From: Candidatus Lokiarchaeum ossiferum
GTDB taxonomy: Archaea; Asgardarchaeota; Lokiarchaeia; Sigyniarchaeales; Promethearchaeaceae
Direction of reading: 5' to 3'
DNA length: 32,000 bases
NCBI GenBank assembly: GCA_025839675.1
Contig: CP104013.1
Span: 1,530,001 to 1,562,000 of the forward strand
Shown here piece by piece: positions 7,523-15,953 of this stretch. A program made the translations under genes and the position numbers. The notes beneath the pieces are model-generated. The model saw only the letters and a list, made by a program, of their open reading frames with translations, had not been told where the DNA came from and did no database searches. How positions within the stretch are numbered: the stretch's first letter is position 1; the number at the start of each line of letters is the position of its first letter.

Positions 7523-9445
7523 GTGGATTATAATGAAATTTTAGACAAGTTGTTTCAAAAGAGCAATTTTCGAGAAGGAATTGAATTAATCAAGAAGTTA
7601 GAATTGGATTCTTCAGTATCTCAAACAATTCAGACGAGAATTCAAGTTAAGAAAATAAAATTTCTTGAAAAATTGGAAAAATATTCTGAAGCATTAATTC
7701 TCGCAGAAAATTTATTAAATCTTCCAACCACCGCATCCAATCCTAAATTACGAGCACAAATATTAATTGAACGAGCAAAAGTTTTATTCTCCACTGGAGA
7801 TATGACCAATTGCCTTATTACCATAAAAATGGCAGAATTAAATCTAATTTCTTACAGAAATGACCGTGATCCTGAAAGTAATGAATTGATGGCAATGTTA
7901 ATTCTTTTACGTGGTGGATATAATTGGCATCATGGAGAATTAAAAAATGCATTGTATTATTTCAAATTAAATTTGGAATTGCAAGAAGAAATTCAAAACC
8001 CGTTAGATCTTGCTCACGCCTATAATAATGTTGGTGTATTGTACAATGCCACAGGAGATTTAACTTCTGCTTTAAAATATTTGAAAACTGCGTATCAAAA
8101 ATATGACCAAATTGGTTCTACACGTGGCTTGTCCAAAACCGGAAATAATATTGGGGCAATATTGATTCAATTAGGAAAATTAGATGAGGCCTTATATTAT
8201 ATGAAAAAATCACTCGATACAGATATAATCGAAAGTTATATTGATGGTATCAGAGTTGCTTCCCATAATATCGGGGAAGTTTATTGGCATAAGGGAGAAT
8301 TCCAGATGGCTTTAGCTTACCTAAAACAAAGTTTGGATCTATGCAGTAAAATAAAAGATAATTTTCATATAACTGAGACACTTATTCCCCTAATTGCAGT
8401 TTCATTAGAACTAAATTATATTACCAAAGCCGAAGCATATTTAACCCAAATCAAAGAAATTGAAAAACAATCGGAGAATGCAATCATCCATCAACGATTC
8501 TTACTAGCGAATTCACTCATTTTAATTCAAAAAAATGATAAAGTACATTTAGAGCAAGCGGAGACATATTTGAAAGAAATTGTTCAAGATAAAATTCGAT
8601 ACCACGACATATCGATGATGGCAGTGATACATCTTTGCAGGATTCAGATTAAGCAAATGGAAAGAACCAACGATTTGTCGATAATGAACGATTTGAATGA
8701 AAATCTTGAATTTATAATAAACAACTGTTTAGAAAGTCATTCACATTCGTTACTCATTCAGTCCTATTTGATAAAAGCGCGTTTATCAATGATTAATTTA
8801 AATTTTGCTGATTCACAGAAATTATTTCTAGAAGCAAAAAATAAAGCCCACACTTATGGCTTGAATCGCCTAGAACATGAAATCTGCTTAGAATATGATC
8901 GATTCTTACTAAATTCAGCCTTTTGGAAATGGAATTCACATGTTGAAATTGAACATTATAAAAAATCACAAATTAATCAAATTAAATTGCAATTGGAATC
9001 ATTTTTTGCCCCGAAGAATACACAGATCAACGATCTCAATAAAGAAGATCCCTATGCTCTAATATTCTTAAATAAGAAGGGTAATATTTTATTAACGAAA
9101 GAATTTAATCCGGAATGGAAAGAAAATTCCCTCGCCTTCGATATTTTCAAATTGAATTTAAATACAAAATTACAACAATTCTTATTCGATTCTATTGATC
9201 TGGCAAAATATGAAGAGTTTAATTTAATTTTTCGAGAATTCAAAGAAGTAATTATTTGTTATGTGTTTAAAGGATCGAGCTTTATTGCATCTAGGAAAAT
9301 GGATAGCTTGATAACAAAATTGAATGAAAAACAAATATTTATTTCGAAGTTATCCAAAGCTTCTTCGGAAAATAAACAAATTTACATGGCTAGAGAACAA
9401 TTTTTTAGTCAATGGCTACAGAGATTTATCACAACTTCGACATAA
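7523..9445 (+). CDS. TPR-repeat protein with an uncharacterised C-terminal alpha/beta module
   Basis: 640 aa with GTG start. Multiple TPR units, e.g. 'AHAYNNVGVLYNATGDLTSALKYLKTAYQKY', 'GNNIGAILIQLGKLDEALYYMKKSL' and 'SHNIGEVYWHKGEFQMALAYLKQSLDL'. The C-terminal ~100 aa (nt 9044-9330) is not TPR-like. Confidence 0.8.
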   Translation: MDYNEILDKLFQKSNFREGIELIKKLELDSSVSQTIQTRIQVKKIKFLEKLEKYSEALILAENLLNLPTTASNPKLRAQILIERAKVLFSTGDMTNCLITIKMAELNLISYRNDRDPESNELMAMLILLRGGYNWHHGELKNALYYFKLNLELQEEIQNPLDLAHAYNNVGVLYNATGDLTSALKYLKTAYQKYDQIGSTRGLSKTGNNIGAILIQLGKLDEALYYMKKSLDTDIIESYIDGIRVASHNIGEVYWHKGEFQMALAYLKQSLDLCSKIKDNFHITETLIPLIAVSLELNYITKAEAYLTQIKEIEKQSENAIIHQRFLLANSLILIQKNDKVHLEQAETYLKEIVQDKIRYHDISMMAVIHLCRIQIKQMERTNDLSIMNDLNENLEFIINNCLESHSHSLLIQSYLIKARLSMINLNFADSQKLFLEAKNKAHTYGLNRLEHEICLEYDRFLLNSAFWKWNSHVEIEHYKKSQINQIKLQLESFFAPKNTQINDLNKEDPYALIFLNKKGNILLTKEFNPEWKENSLAFDIFKLNLNTKLQQFLFDSIDLAKYEEFNLIFREFKEVIICYVFKGSSFIASRKMDSLITKLNEKQIFISKLSKASSENKQIYMAREQFFSQWLQRFITTST

Positions 9446-9460
9446 GCTAGGTAATGTCTC

Positions 9461-9467
9461 TTTTTTT
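9461..9467 (+). terminator. oligo-T tract
   Basis: T7 located 16 nt after the stop at 9443-9445, in a convergent gap. Confidence 0.3.
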
Positions 9468-9505
9468 CCACAAAAATTTTAACTTTAAACTCCTTTCATT
9501 CAAAC

Positions 9506-10318
9506 TTATAATTGAGAAAGCCAAAAAACGTTCTTTTTCATTTTATCCAAAGATTCAATCGTTCCCACATCACACCAAAGTTCATTTTCATGCATTTTTA
9601 TCAATTTCACCGTGAAGTATTTCTCTTTAATTATTCGAATTATTGGCTCAGTAAGTTCTATTTCTCCCCGAATTGTAGGTTTAGACTCTTTTAGCAAGCC
9701 AAATATGATTTGATCGAAGATATAAATTCCAGAATTATTTAAATCTGTTTTCGGAGCCTTCGAATTTGGTTTTTCAATGAAATTTAGTATTGTATCTCCT
9801 TCATAATAAATCGCGGCTCCTGCAGAAGGATCTTCCGTGGGATTGCCTACGAGGTAGAACGGATTATGATCTTGCTGATAAGTGTGATATAACCTTAAAA
9901 AAACACTTTTACTGACTAAAAGATCTCCATAAGTCAGTAAAAAAGAAGAAAAACCAAGATCTTTAAGAGATTTTTCAACTAAGAGTGTAGCTCCTCCCGT
10001 TCCATTGATTTCTTTTTGACGAATAAAGTGGAATGTTAAGGGATCAGTTATTGGGTTAATTTTATTTCCAAAAATTACATAAGCTGCAGATAAGAAATCA
10101 TGTTGGATCCAATTTTCAACCAGAGTTGCCTTATACCCTGTAACAATGAAGAAATCGCGTATTCCAACTTGAATCAATCCAGAAAGAACATAATCAAGAA
10201 GGGGTTTGCCGTGAATCATGACTAATACCTTTGGGATCTTATCAGTATAGGGGCGCAGTCGTTTACCTTGTCCTGCAGCAAGTATTACTGCAGGTAATTT
10301 TTGCATTTCTTTCTCCAT
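9506..10318 (-). CDS. sugar-1-phosphate nucleotidyltransferase (NTP-transferase family)
   Basis: The N-terminal signature 'AVILAAGQGKRLRPYTDKIPKVLVMIHGKPLLDYVL' is the G-x-G-x-R-L loop of glucose-1-P thymidylyl/uridylyl-transferase-type enzymes. The start may instead be the second ATG at 10306. Confidence 0.85.
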   Translation of the reverse strand: MEKEMQKLPAVILAAGQGKRLRPYTDKIPKVLVMIHGKPLLDYVLSGLIQVGIRDFFIVTGYKATLVENWIQHDFLSAAYVIFGNKINPITDPLTFHFIRQKEINGTGGATLLVEKSLKDLGFSSFLLTYGDLLVSKSVFLRLYHTYQQDHNPFYLVGNPTEDPSAGAAIYYEGDTILNFIEKPNSKAPKTDLNNSGIYIFDQIIFGLLKESKPTIRGEIELTEPIIRIIKEKYFTVKLIKMHENELWCDVGTIESLDKMKKNVFWLSQL

Positions 10319-10632
10319 AAATAGCGATTTCCTTTACGGTTTAAATTAGAAATAATCATGATCTTATCTAAATGACAATATTAAGACATGAAGACCATAT
10401 TAATCCAACATCACTCAGTTGGGATGATTTTAGATCCTAAGGGAAATAACATGAGGGAAATAATAAGGTTTTTCTAAAAAATCAGGTTGTTTAAACATGG
10501 AAACTTTGATCCCGACAGTTTAAGGCGGTTAAATGTCAAAAGGAAAAAAAATGAACTACTGATCTCCAACTTGTCGAATCACTTATAATAACGTTTGTGT
10601 ATTAATGTGATAGAAAAACGTGAGAGATCCCA

Positions 10633-11466
10633 ATGGAGAATATTCACCCTAAAACTTTTCAAACTCATGCGGGTAAAATCGAATATTATTATCAGAAGAA
10701 CCCCAACAATGATTTAACTATTCTTTTCATACATGGATTAACAGGAAACAAAGAATGGTTTCCAGATCAATACCAGCGTTTTGACTTGCAACGATATTCT
10801 TGGATAACCTATGATTTATTAGGACATGGGAAATCCGATAAACCTCCACACCAGGAATATTATACAATGGAATTTCAGGCATCTATTCTTCGCCAATTAC
10901 TAGAGACTCTCGATGTAAAGCAAATGATCATATTTGCACATTCCATGGGAGGTCCCATAGCAATTTCTTTACTGGAAAATATTTTAAATCCTTCAACACA
11001 ATTTAAGATAGATTGTGAAGTACTTGGCTTATTCTATTTAGAAGGAAACTTGGATCGTGGAAATGCAACCTTTTCGGGTATAGTCGCAGATTATTCCCAG
11101 GAAGCTTTTGAGGAAAACTTTGAATCTTTCATTCAAGACATAGCCCCCCCTTCAGATCCAGACTCAATAGAGACCTTAGAAGCATTCCGAACAATAGGAG
11201 CATTTGCCCTTTGGGCAACTTGTGTTGATTTAGCCCGTACATCTAGACGCGAGGATTTGTTGCCGCGCTTACTGAAAATTGCATCATTTCCTATTTATTT
11301 TATATTTGGGGAAAATAATAAAGGGACATATTCTTCTGAATTGCTTCTCCAAAATAATAATCAACCGTTAATCTACATTCCGAAAGCAGGTCATGGATTA
11401 TACTTAGAAAATCCCCGGGATTTTTGGAAACAAACACTATCCCTTCTTGAATCGAAAATGATGTAG
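10633..11466 (+). CDS. alpha/beta-fold hydrolase
   Basis: Oxyanion region 'ILFIHGLTGN', nucleophile elbow 'AHSMGG', and C-terminal catalytic His context 'KAGHGLYLENP'. Confidence 0.85.
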   Translation: MENIHPKTFQTHAGKIEYYYQKNPNNDLTILFIHGLTGNKEWFPDQYQRFDLQRYSWITYDLLGHGKSDKPPHQEYYTMEFQASILRQLLETLDVKQMIIFAHSMGGPIAISLLENILNPSTQFKIDCEVLGLFYLEGNLDRGNATFSGIVADYSQEAFEENFESFIQDIAPPSDPDSIETLEAFRTIGAFALWATCVDLARTSRREDLLPRLLKIASFPIYFIFGENNKGTYSSELLLQNNNQPLIYIPKAGHGLYLENPRDFWKQTLSLLESKMM

Positions 11467-11767
11467 TAAATATCATAAAAAGGTTTTAATTCTTCTACTA
11501 GGAAAGTTGTAATTCAAGAGAATTTCAGCATTCACATAATTGTTATTTATTAGCCAAACTGGATCCCAATCAAGACTGATAAGCATCAATTGTCATTTAT
11601 TTCTCGTTTTTTCAATGTACTATGATGAAGCTAGAAAAAAAGATATGATGAAAAAAAGAGCACTAATATCAAAATGATCGCCTTTATTGTCAATTTTTGG
11701 ACTCCCAGACTTTTATTTCACATTGAAAAAACATATTATTAGCACTATTAAAAAATTATAAACCACA

Positions 11768-12895
11768 ATGGTAGATATCATATTGAAAACCTCCACAATT
11801 CCACAGTCAGAACAAATAGCCTTGGCGATCGAAAACGGATATACGCGCCTAATTAACAAAGAATTAATCAAAACATTTACAGATGCTTTCCGATTTTCAT
11901 TCAATTCCCCAAAATTTGGCCTTTTCCTTTTGCGAACCATTTTCCACCAGAAAAAAGCCCTCAAAATGCGAAAAAGGTGGAAAAAACAAGAGTTAAATGT
12001 ACCAGCATTTCTAATATTTAGTGTCACAGGATCGTGCAACCTCCGGTGTAAAGGGTGCTATTCTCACGCTCAACATCGTGATAAAGAAGAAGAACTCTCC
12101 TCCCAAAGACTGCAAGAAATTATTCAGGAAGCTAAAACCTTGGGAATTTCGGTTATTTTAATTGCCGGAGGTGAACCTTTCATGCGGAAAGAACTTTTAG
12201 ACATCACCAAACAACATCCGGAAATCATCTTTCCTATTTTTACAAATGGATTATTAATTGACGATACAATCATCTTGAAATTGAAAACACAAAAAAATGT
12301 TGTCCCTGTCATTAGTATTGAAGGACGCTATGAAGAAACCGATCTTCGACGCGGAACTGGTGTTTTTAAGAAAGCACAAGAAGTGATGGAAACGATGGAC
12401 AAAAATCACATATTTTTTGGGACATCGATTACGGTTACTTCCAAAAACTATGATGTTGTCATGAGTCCCGAATTTGTGGAATCCATAATCGGTTATGGCA
12501 GCAGGTTATTTTTCTATGTCGATTACGTCCCGATTCAAGAAGGTACCGAAAATTTGATGCTCTCGATCGAACAAGCTCAACAAATAACAAATATTTCAGC
12601 AAGCTACAAAAAAAAATACTCTAAGCTATTTGTGGCCTTCCCGGGAGATGAAGAAAAGTTAGGAGGATGCTTATCGGCAGGGCGGGGATTTCTTCACATC
12701 AGTCCCGAGGGTAGAATTGAACCCTGCCCATTTGCTCCATATTCAGATATTAACTTGAAAGATCACTCTTTGCAGGAAGCCCTTCGTTCCAAATTTCTAA
12801 AAGAAATTCGCGATAACCATTCCCAATTACTAGAAACTCAAGGAGGTTGCGCATTATGGGAACAACAGGATTGGGTTCGATCTTTATTGGAGTAA
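11768..12895 (+). CDS. radical SAM enzyme with a twitch/SPASM-like C-terminal Cys region
   Basis: CX3CX2C in 'GSCNLRCKGCY' and GGE motif 'IAGGEPF'. The C-terminal 'CLSAGRGFLHISPEGRIEPC' fits CX9-15GX4C, followed by an extra Cys in 'GGCALW'. There is an N-terminal extension of about 77 aa. Confidence 0.85.
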   Translation: MVDIILKTSTIPQSEQIALAIENGYTRLINKELIKTFTDAFRFSFNSPKFGLFLLRTIFHQKKALKMRKRWKKQELNVPAFLIFSVTGSCNLRCKGCYSHAQHRDKEEELSSQRLQEIIQEAKTLGISVILIAGGEPFMRKELLDITKQHPEIIFPIFTNGLLIDDTIILKLKTQKNVVPVISIEGRYEETDLRRGTGVFKKAQEVMETMDKNHIFFGTSITVTSKNYDVVMSPEFVESIIGYGSRLFFYVDYVPIQEGTENLMLSIEQAQQITNISASYKKKYSKLFVAFPGDEEKLGGCLSAGRGFLHISPEGRIEPCPFAPYSDINLKDHSLQEALRSKFLKEIRDNHSQLLETQGGCALWEQQDWVRSLLE

Positions 12896-12898
12896 AAA

Positions 12899-12910
12899 TT
12901 TTCTTTTTTT
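12899..12910 (+). terminator. oligo-T tract
   Basis: TTTTCTTTTTTT immediately after the stop at 12893-12895. Confidence 0.35.
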
Positions 12911-13047
12911 CTAACTAATCCTCATTTATTGAAATAAAAACTTATACATCAATTCTTTTTCTAAAATCATGAGCCCAAAACCATGGAAGATATTCAATTG
13001 ACAAAAAAATAACCTCAGTTTTACGGGATAAAGATTTTCTAAAAGGG

Positions 13048-13308
13048 TTGCTGGGATTTCTTGGAATATATCTTATCGTTGTAGTAATTGCAGTGAGTAA
13101 TATGCTCATATTTGGAGGATTTTTTTTGCTTATATTCATAGTTTTCTTCTTCTATCTTATTGTATGTTATCCAATTGGGTTCATTTTAATAAAGAAAGCC
13201 AAGAAAAAAGCTTTTGGAAATGGTTTAATGGGGGTAATGTCCATTGTTATCTTAATTTCAGTTTTCATTTACTTCATACCACAGATATTTGGTTTCACTC
13301 CCGATTAA
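13048..13308 (+). CDS. small hydrophobic membrane protein (3 predicted TM helices)
   Basis: 86-aa ORF that is strongly hydrophobic, with a 'KKAKKKAF' loop. The track start is TTG; an internal ATG is at 13102. No homolog recognised. Confidence 0.35.
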   Translation: MLGFLGIYLIVVVIAVSNMLIFGGFFLLIFIVFFFYLIVCYPIGFILIKKAKKKAFGNGLMGVMSIVILISVFIYFIPQIFGFTPD

Positions 13309-13653
13309 TCCGGTTGGATAGAAATTCATGTATTTGGATAGTCAATGACTTAAATAAATGTCTTACGATTGCATGATTACAGTTTCTTTTTTAGTTGGTG
13401 AATACAAGGGAGCAGAAAACATGTGATTTGATTAGAAAAAAGTTAATTTAAGAAAAGTTTAAGAAATTTTCCTTTCATGTATTTTTTGCTATTTACTCAA
13501 AGTGCAGTTTGAATTGAATTAAGGGAACCAAAAAGATGTTAAAAAGTAAAATCGTTAAATACTTTTAGCAGAATAGGATTATCTGCATTCCATTACCATA
13601 GTATCTTATTGCTAATAGCCAAAATAAAAACTAAAAATGAAATAAAAAGGAGA

Positions 13654-14091
13654 TTAGCGAAAATTTTTTTCGAAAATTTTTTGCTCCTTTGTTACAGTAT
13701 AGTTTAATTTAGTGTAAAATTTATGCGCGAGTTTCCGTTTACTGTTACAACGCACTCTAACCTTCCTGTTTTCATTAAAGAGCCCTTCTACATGCTTCAC
13801 TAACAATTTTCCTATTCCATTCCCACGTTCTTTTTCATCTACTACTAATCCACCAATTTCAGTAAAGGGTTTTGAGGTAAGTCTTATAGCCGTGAAGCAA
13901 TGAATATACCCAACCACTTGATCATTAACAACGGCAACGAAAGCAAAGTGGTCCGGTTTTTTCAATATTGCATGGATTTGGCTCTTCACTACATCAAAAC
14001 TCACTTTTGATCCCAATTGAATTGCAAGAGAAGTAATAAATTCACTATCATTCAAGGAAACAGGTCTTATCAAAACTTCATTCTTCATCAT
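13654..14091 (-). CDS. GNAT-family N-acetyltransferase
   Basis: 145 aa. Motif A is 'ERGNGIGKLLVKHVEG', and the C-terminal 'AHKFYTKLNY' is the usual FY-x-K-x-GF-like block. Confidence 0.85.
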   Translation of the reverse strand: MMKNEVLIRPVSLNDSEFITSLAIQLGSKVSFDVVKSQIHAILKKPDHFAFVAVVNDQVVGYIHCFTAIRLTSKPFTEIGGLVVDEKERGNGIGKLLVKHVEGLFNENRKVRVRCNSKRKLAHKFYTKLNYTVTKEQKIFEKNFR

Positions 14092-14220
14092 TCATCACTA
14101 ATTTTCATTACGTATAATTAATAATTATTATTTTTTCTACATTATATTTTTCCCCTATCGCTTGTTTTCATTCACCTGGTGGTTCAATTCTTTTGTTTGA
14201 GGATGGAGAGATTGAATGCA
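14052..14220. repeat. direct repeat, copy A (GNAT 5' end plus upstream region)
   Basis: By-eye alignment to 15197-15370 gives roughly three-quarters identity. Long shared blocks include tcaaggaaa, attcttcatc, ttcatca, tttcatt, aataattatt and tttcattcacct. Confidence 0.7.
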
Positions 14221-14389
14221 AGATTGGTCACCCATTTTTTCTTATTGTAAATATTGGATTTGCAAGTATGGTTTTTTATTCAGTCTTTCTTTCAATACAT
14301 CTCGAAGAACACCTTTTTAATCATTATTGAATTATATAACTGCATATTTACAATTTCCAACCATTTTTCTAAAAGAGGAAAATTCAAAT

Positions 14390-15007
14390 ATGGATAAACT
14401 TGAATTGAGGAAAATTTGTCCCCCATTTTCAGAAATGTCTGAAGAAAAGCAGCAATTATTAATGAAACTACACGTTACAATTAATAGAACCAGAATCAGT
14501 TCTAACCAAACTCAATTCATCGTTGAAGTAGATCAAAATAATATTGTGCGATATATTTTGATTGATGCTGGAAAATCATATACTTCACCCAAAATACTTG
14601 AATTAGTTGAAGAGATCCCTTTGTTATTTCCTGATCTTCTAAAATTGTACTGTGATATTACAGGAATGTGGAAAATTCCAGTTGTTTGGGGATCTCTCCG
14701 AAATCTTATTCTTTTAAGGTGTGGTAATGATTTGGGACCACTCCAATCTTTCCCTTTTTCATCTTTGTGTAATTTAAAATACCTCGAATTGTGGGGTAAT
14801 TTTTCATTTCTGCCGGAATCGATAGGCGCTCTCCAGTATTTAGAAGAAATTCACATCATTTCTTGTCACAAATTAAAAAACTTACCATTATTTTTTATGC
14901 ATCTCCCCTCTCTCCAAAACCTACATATCCGAGATTGTCCACAATTAACTATCTCAAAATTGCTTTACGACAACCTTTGCAAGCAGTCTAAGTTCAAGTT
15001 TGATTGA
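14390..15007 (+). CDS. small leucine-rich-repeat (LRR) protein
   Basis: The track ORF starts at TTG 14327. An in-frame ATG at 14390 is preceded by AAGAGGAAA. LRR units: 'LRNLILLRCGNDLGPLQSFP', 'LCNLKYLELWGNFSFLPESIGA', 'LQYLEEIHIISCHKLKNLPLFFMH' and 'LPSLQNLHIRDCPQLT'. Confidence 0.7.
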   Translation: MDKLELRKICPPFSEMSEEKQQLLMKLHVTINRTRISSNQTQFIVEVDQNNIVRYILIDAGKSYTSPKILELVEEIPLLFPDLLKLYCDITGMWKIPVVWGSLRNLILLRCGNDLGPLQSFPFSSLCNLKYLELWGNFSFLPESIGALQYLEEIHIISCHKLKNLPLFFMHLPSLQNLHIRDCPQLTISKLLYDNLCKQSKFKFD

Positions 15008-15084
15008 CAAGGAATAGCAAGGTGTAATTTTTTTTACTACTTTGTAGCCGATATACCATATTTTCAAATTAAAGTGCAAACGAA

Positions 15085-15234
15085 GTATACATTAATTGAA
15101 GACTGAATAATTTATAGGTATGTATAATGATGGAAATTTCCTGGATCATTGAGAATTTGTCGATATGCATACGTTCGATCTTGAATTTATAATTACTCAA
15201 GGAAATGGGTCTAAATCAGATCAACATTCTTCAT
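15085..15234 (-). pseudogene. degraded GNAT paralog remnant
   Basis: The reverse strand reads ATG AAG AAT G.. TTG ATC TGA TTT AGA CCC ATT TCC TTG, i.e. MKN-LI*-RPISL. The intact GNAT at 14091 reads MMKNEVLIRPVSLND, so the remnant has out-of-frame indels and stops. A possible 3'-end remnant ('ataaattattcagtcttcaattaatgtatact' versus 'ataaattttacactaaattaaactatact') suggests a large internal deletion. Boundaries are approximate. Confidence 0.4.
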
Positions 15235-15370
15235 CTTTCATCATTAAACTTTCATTGCTATATCTTTAATAATTATTTTTTTTCCATATTACATTTTTTC
15301 CCTATAGTTTGGTTTCATTCACCTAATTGATTCACACGGTTTTTTGATAATATGGAGGAAACCAAATTTG
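15197..15370. repeat. direct repeat, copy B
   Basis: Partner of 14052-14220. It ends about 45 nt from the 3' end of tRNA-Arg. Confidence 0.7.
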
Positions 15371-15404
15371 ATTTTAAAAGTGATAATAGGACAAAACGGA
15401 TAGT

Positions 15405-15414
15405 AAAAAGAAAA
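15405..15414 (-). terminator. oligo-T tract directly after the tRNA
   Basis: The reverse strand reads TTTTCTTTTT immediately 3' of the encoded CCA. Confidence 0.5.
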
Positions 15415-15492
15415 TGGTGGGAGATAAGGGATTCGAACCCCCGACATCTGGCTCCGAAGGCCAGCGCCATATCCAGGCTAGACTAACCCCCC
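15415..15492 (-). tRNA. tRNA-Arg (anticodon UCG), CCA encoded
   Basis: Reverse complement: GGGGGGT-TA-GTCT-AGCCTGGATA-TGGC-G-CTGGC-CTTCGGA-GCCAG-ATGTC-GGGGG-TTCGAAT-CCCTT-ATCTCCC-A-CCA. It folds by hand into a cloverleaf with a 7-bp acceptor stem (two G-U pairs), 5-bp anticodon stem, loop CU-UCG-GA, T-loop TTCGAAT and a 5-nt variable loop. The D stem has one U-U mismatch. Confidence 0.9.
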
Positions 15493-15953
15493 ACGGGAAT
15501 ATTTTAAAAAAACAAGTCGCATTCTTCAATCAAATTAATGATTCCTTCTAGCATAGTAATCATTACAGATTATTTATGTTAAATTCAGCCACCTTTTTTA
15601 ATTTTTTGATTACACCTAGAAAGAAGTGATATCCACCGAGATTTTGATAAATCAAGGAAGAGGGTATCACATAGTTTAAAAGGAAAGATGTAAGGAAGAT
15701 GATTGTTTCTTCAGACTGGAAAATCATTGTGAAATGTCTCATTAAGAAATATTTAGGATCACCGATAATTCTTACCGCCCAGATTTGGGAATAAGATAAT
15801 GGATAGGAATCATACTTGTATTTATAGGAGTAATTTGGCGGAAAAGGACAAAAAAAGCGGAAATTTTAAACCATTATGAATTGAAGTAATCGAATTTGCG
15901 CGATGGGTATTTTTTAGGTAAAAAAATTGATACGATTTTACCGTGTTATAATT

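Noticed and set aside
7642-9694. Short antisense ORFs 7642-7824, 9052-9243 and 9512-9694
   Set aside because: Each lies entirely within a longer, motif-supported gene on the opposite strand (the TPR protein or the nucleotidyltransferase).
11622-11651. C/D-box sRNA candidates (AUGAUGA at 11622-11628 and 11645-11651; also at 20011-20017 and 20347-20353)
   Set aside because: No CUGA D or D' boxes lie at the required spacing and there is no terminal stem. The C-box-like heptamers alone are not evidence.
11674-11742. 22-codon ORF (MIAFIVNFWTPRLLFHIEKTYY) ending 25 nt upstream of the radical SAM gene, as a possible RiPP precursor
   Set aside because: It has no Cys or other typical core residues for SPASM/twitch maturases, and no leader-like motif. 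ORFs of this size are expected by chance in AT-rich spacers.
11713-12039. 108-aa minus-strand ORF overlapping the 5' end of the radical SAM gene
   Set aside because: The + strand frame runs continuously into the CX3CX2C core, and I recall N-terminal extensions of this kind in related radical SAM proteins. The minus ORF has no motif support.
12942-13376. ORFs 12942-13139 (-) and 13164-13376 (+)
   Set aside because: They overlap the more coherent hydrophobic ORF 13048-13308 and have no motifs. All three are weak, so I kept only the membrane-like one, at low confidence.
15415-15492. Integrated mobile element or prophage at the tRNA gene
   Set aside because: I found no integrase, transposase, phage gene or duplicated tRNA 3' fragment (att site) in the window. 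Only the GNAT-region direct repeat is present, and it is reported separately.
15493-15520. TATA-like 'TTTTTTTAAAATATT' directly upstream of the tRNA, as its promoter
   Set aside because: It ends only about 6 nt from the mature 5' end, whereas an archaeal TATA box should be centred about 26 nt upstream of the transcription start. The real promoter is probably further upstream and I cannot place it.
15699-15889. Small ORF 15699-15794 (31 aa), plus an unstarted frame 15800-15889 encoding WIGIILVFIGVIWRKRTKKAEILNHYELK, which resembles a TM-anchor tail
   Set aside because: This could be a gene remnant in the 460-nt gap beside the tRNA. However, there is no start codon and no extended similarity to neighbouring genes that I could see, so it is too short to call.
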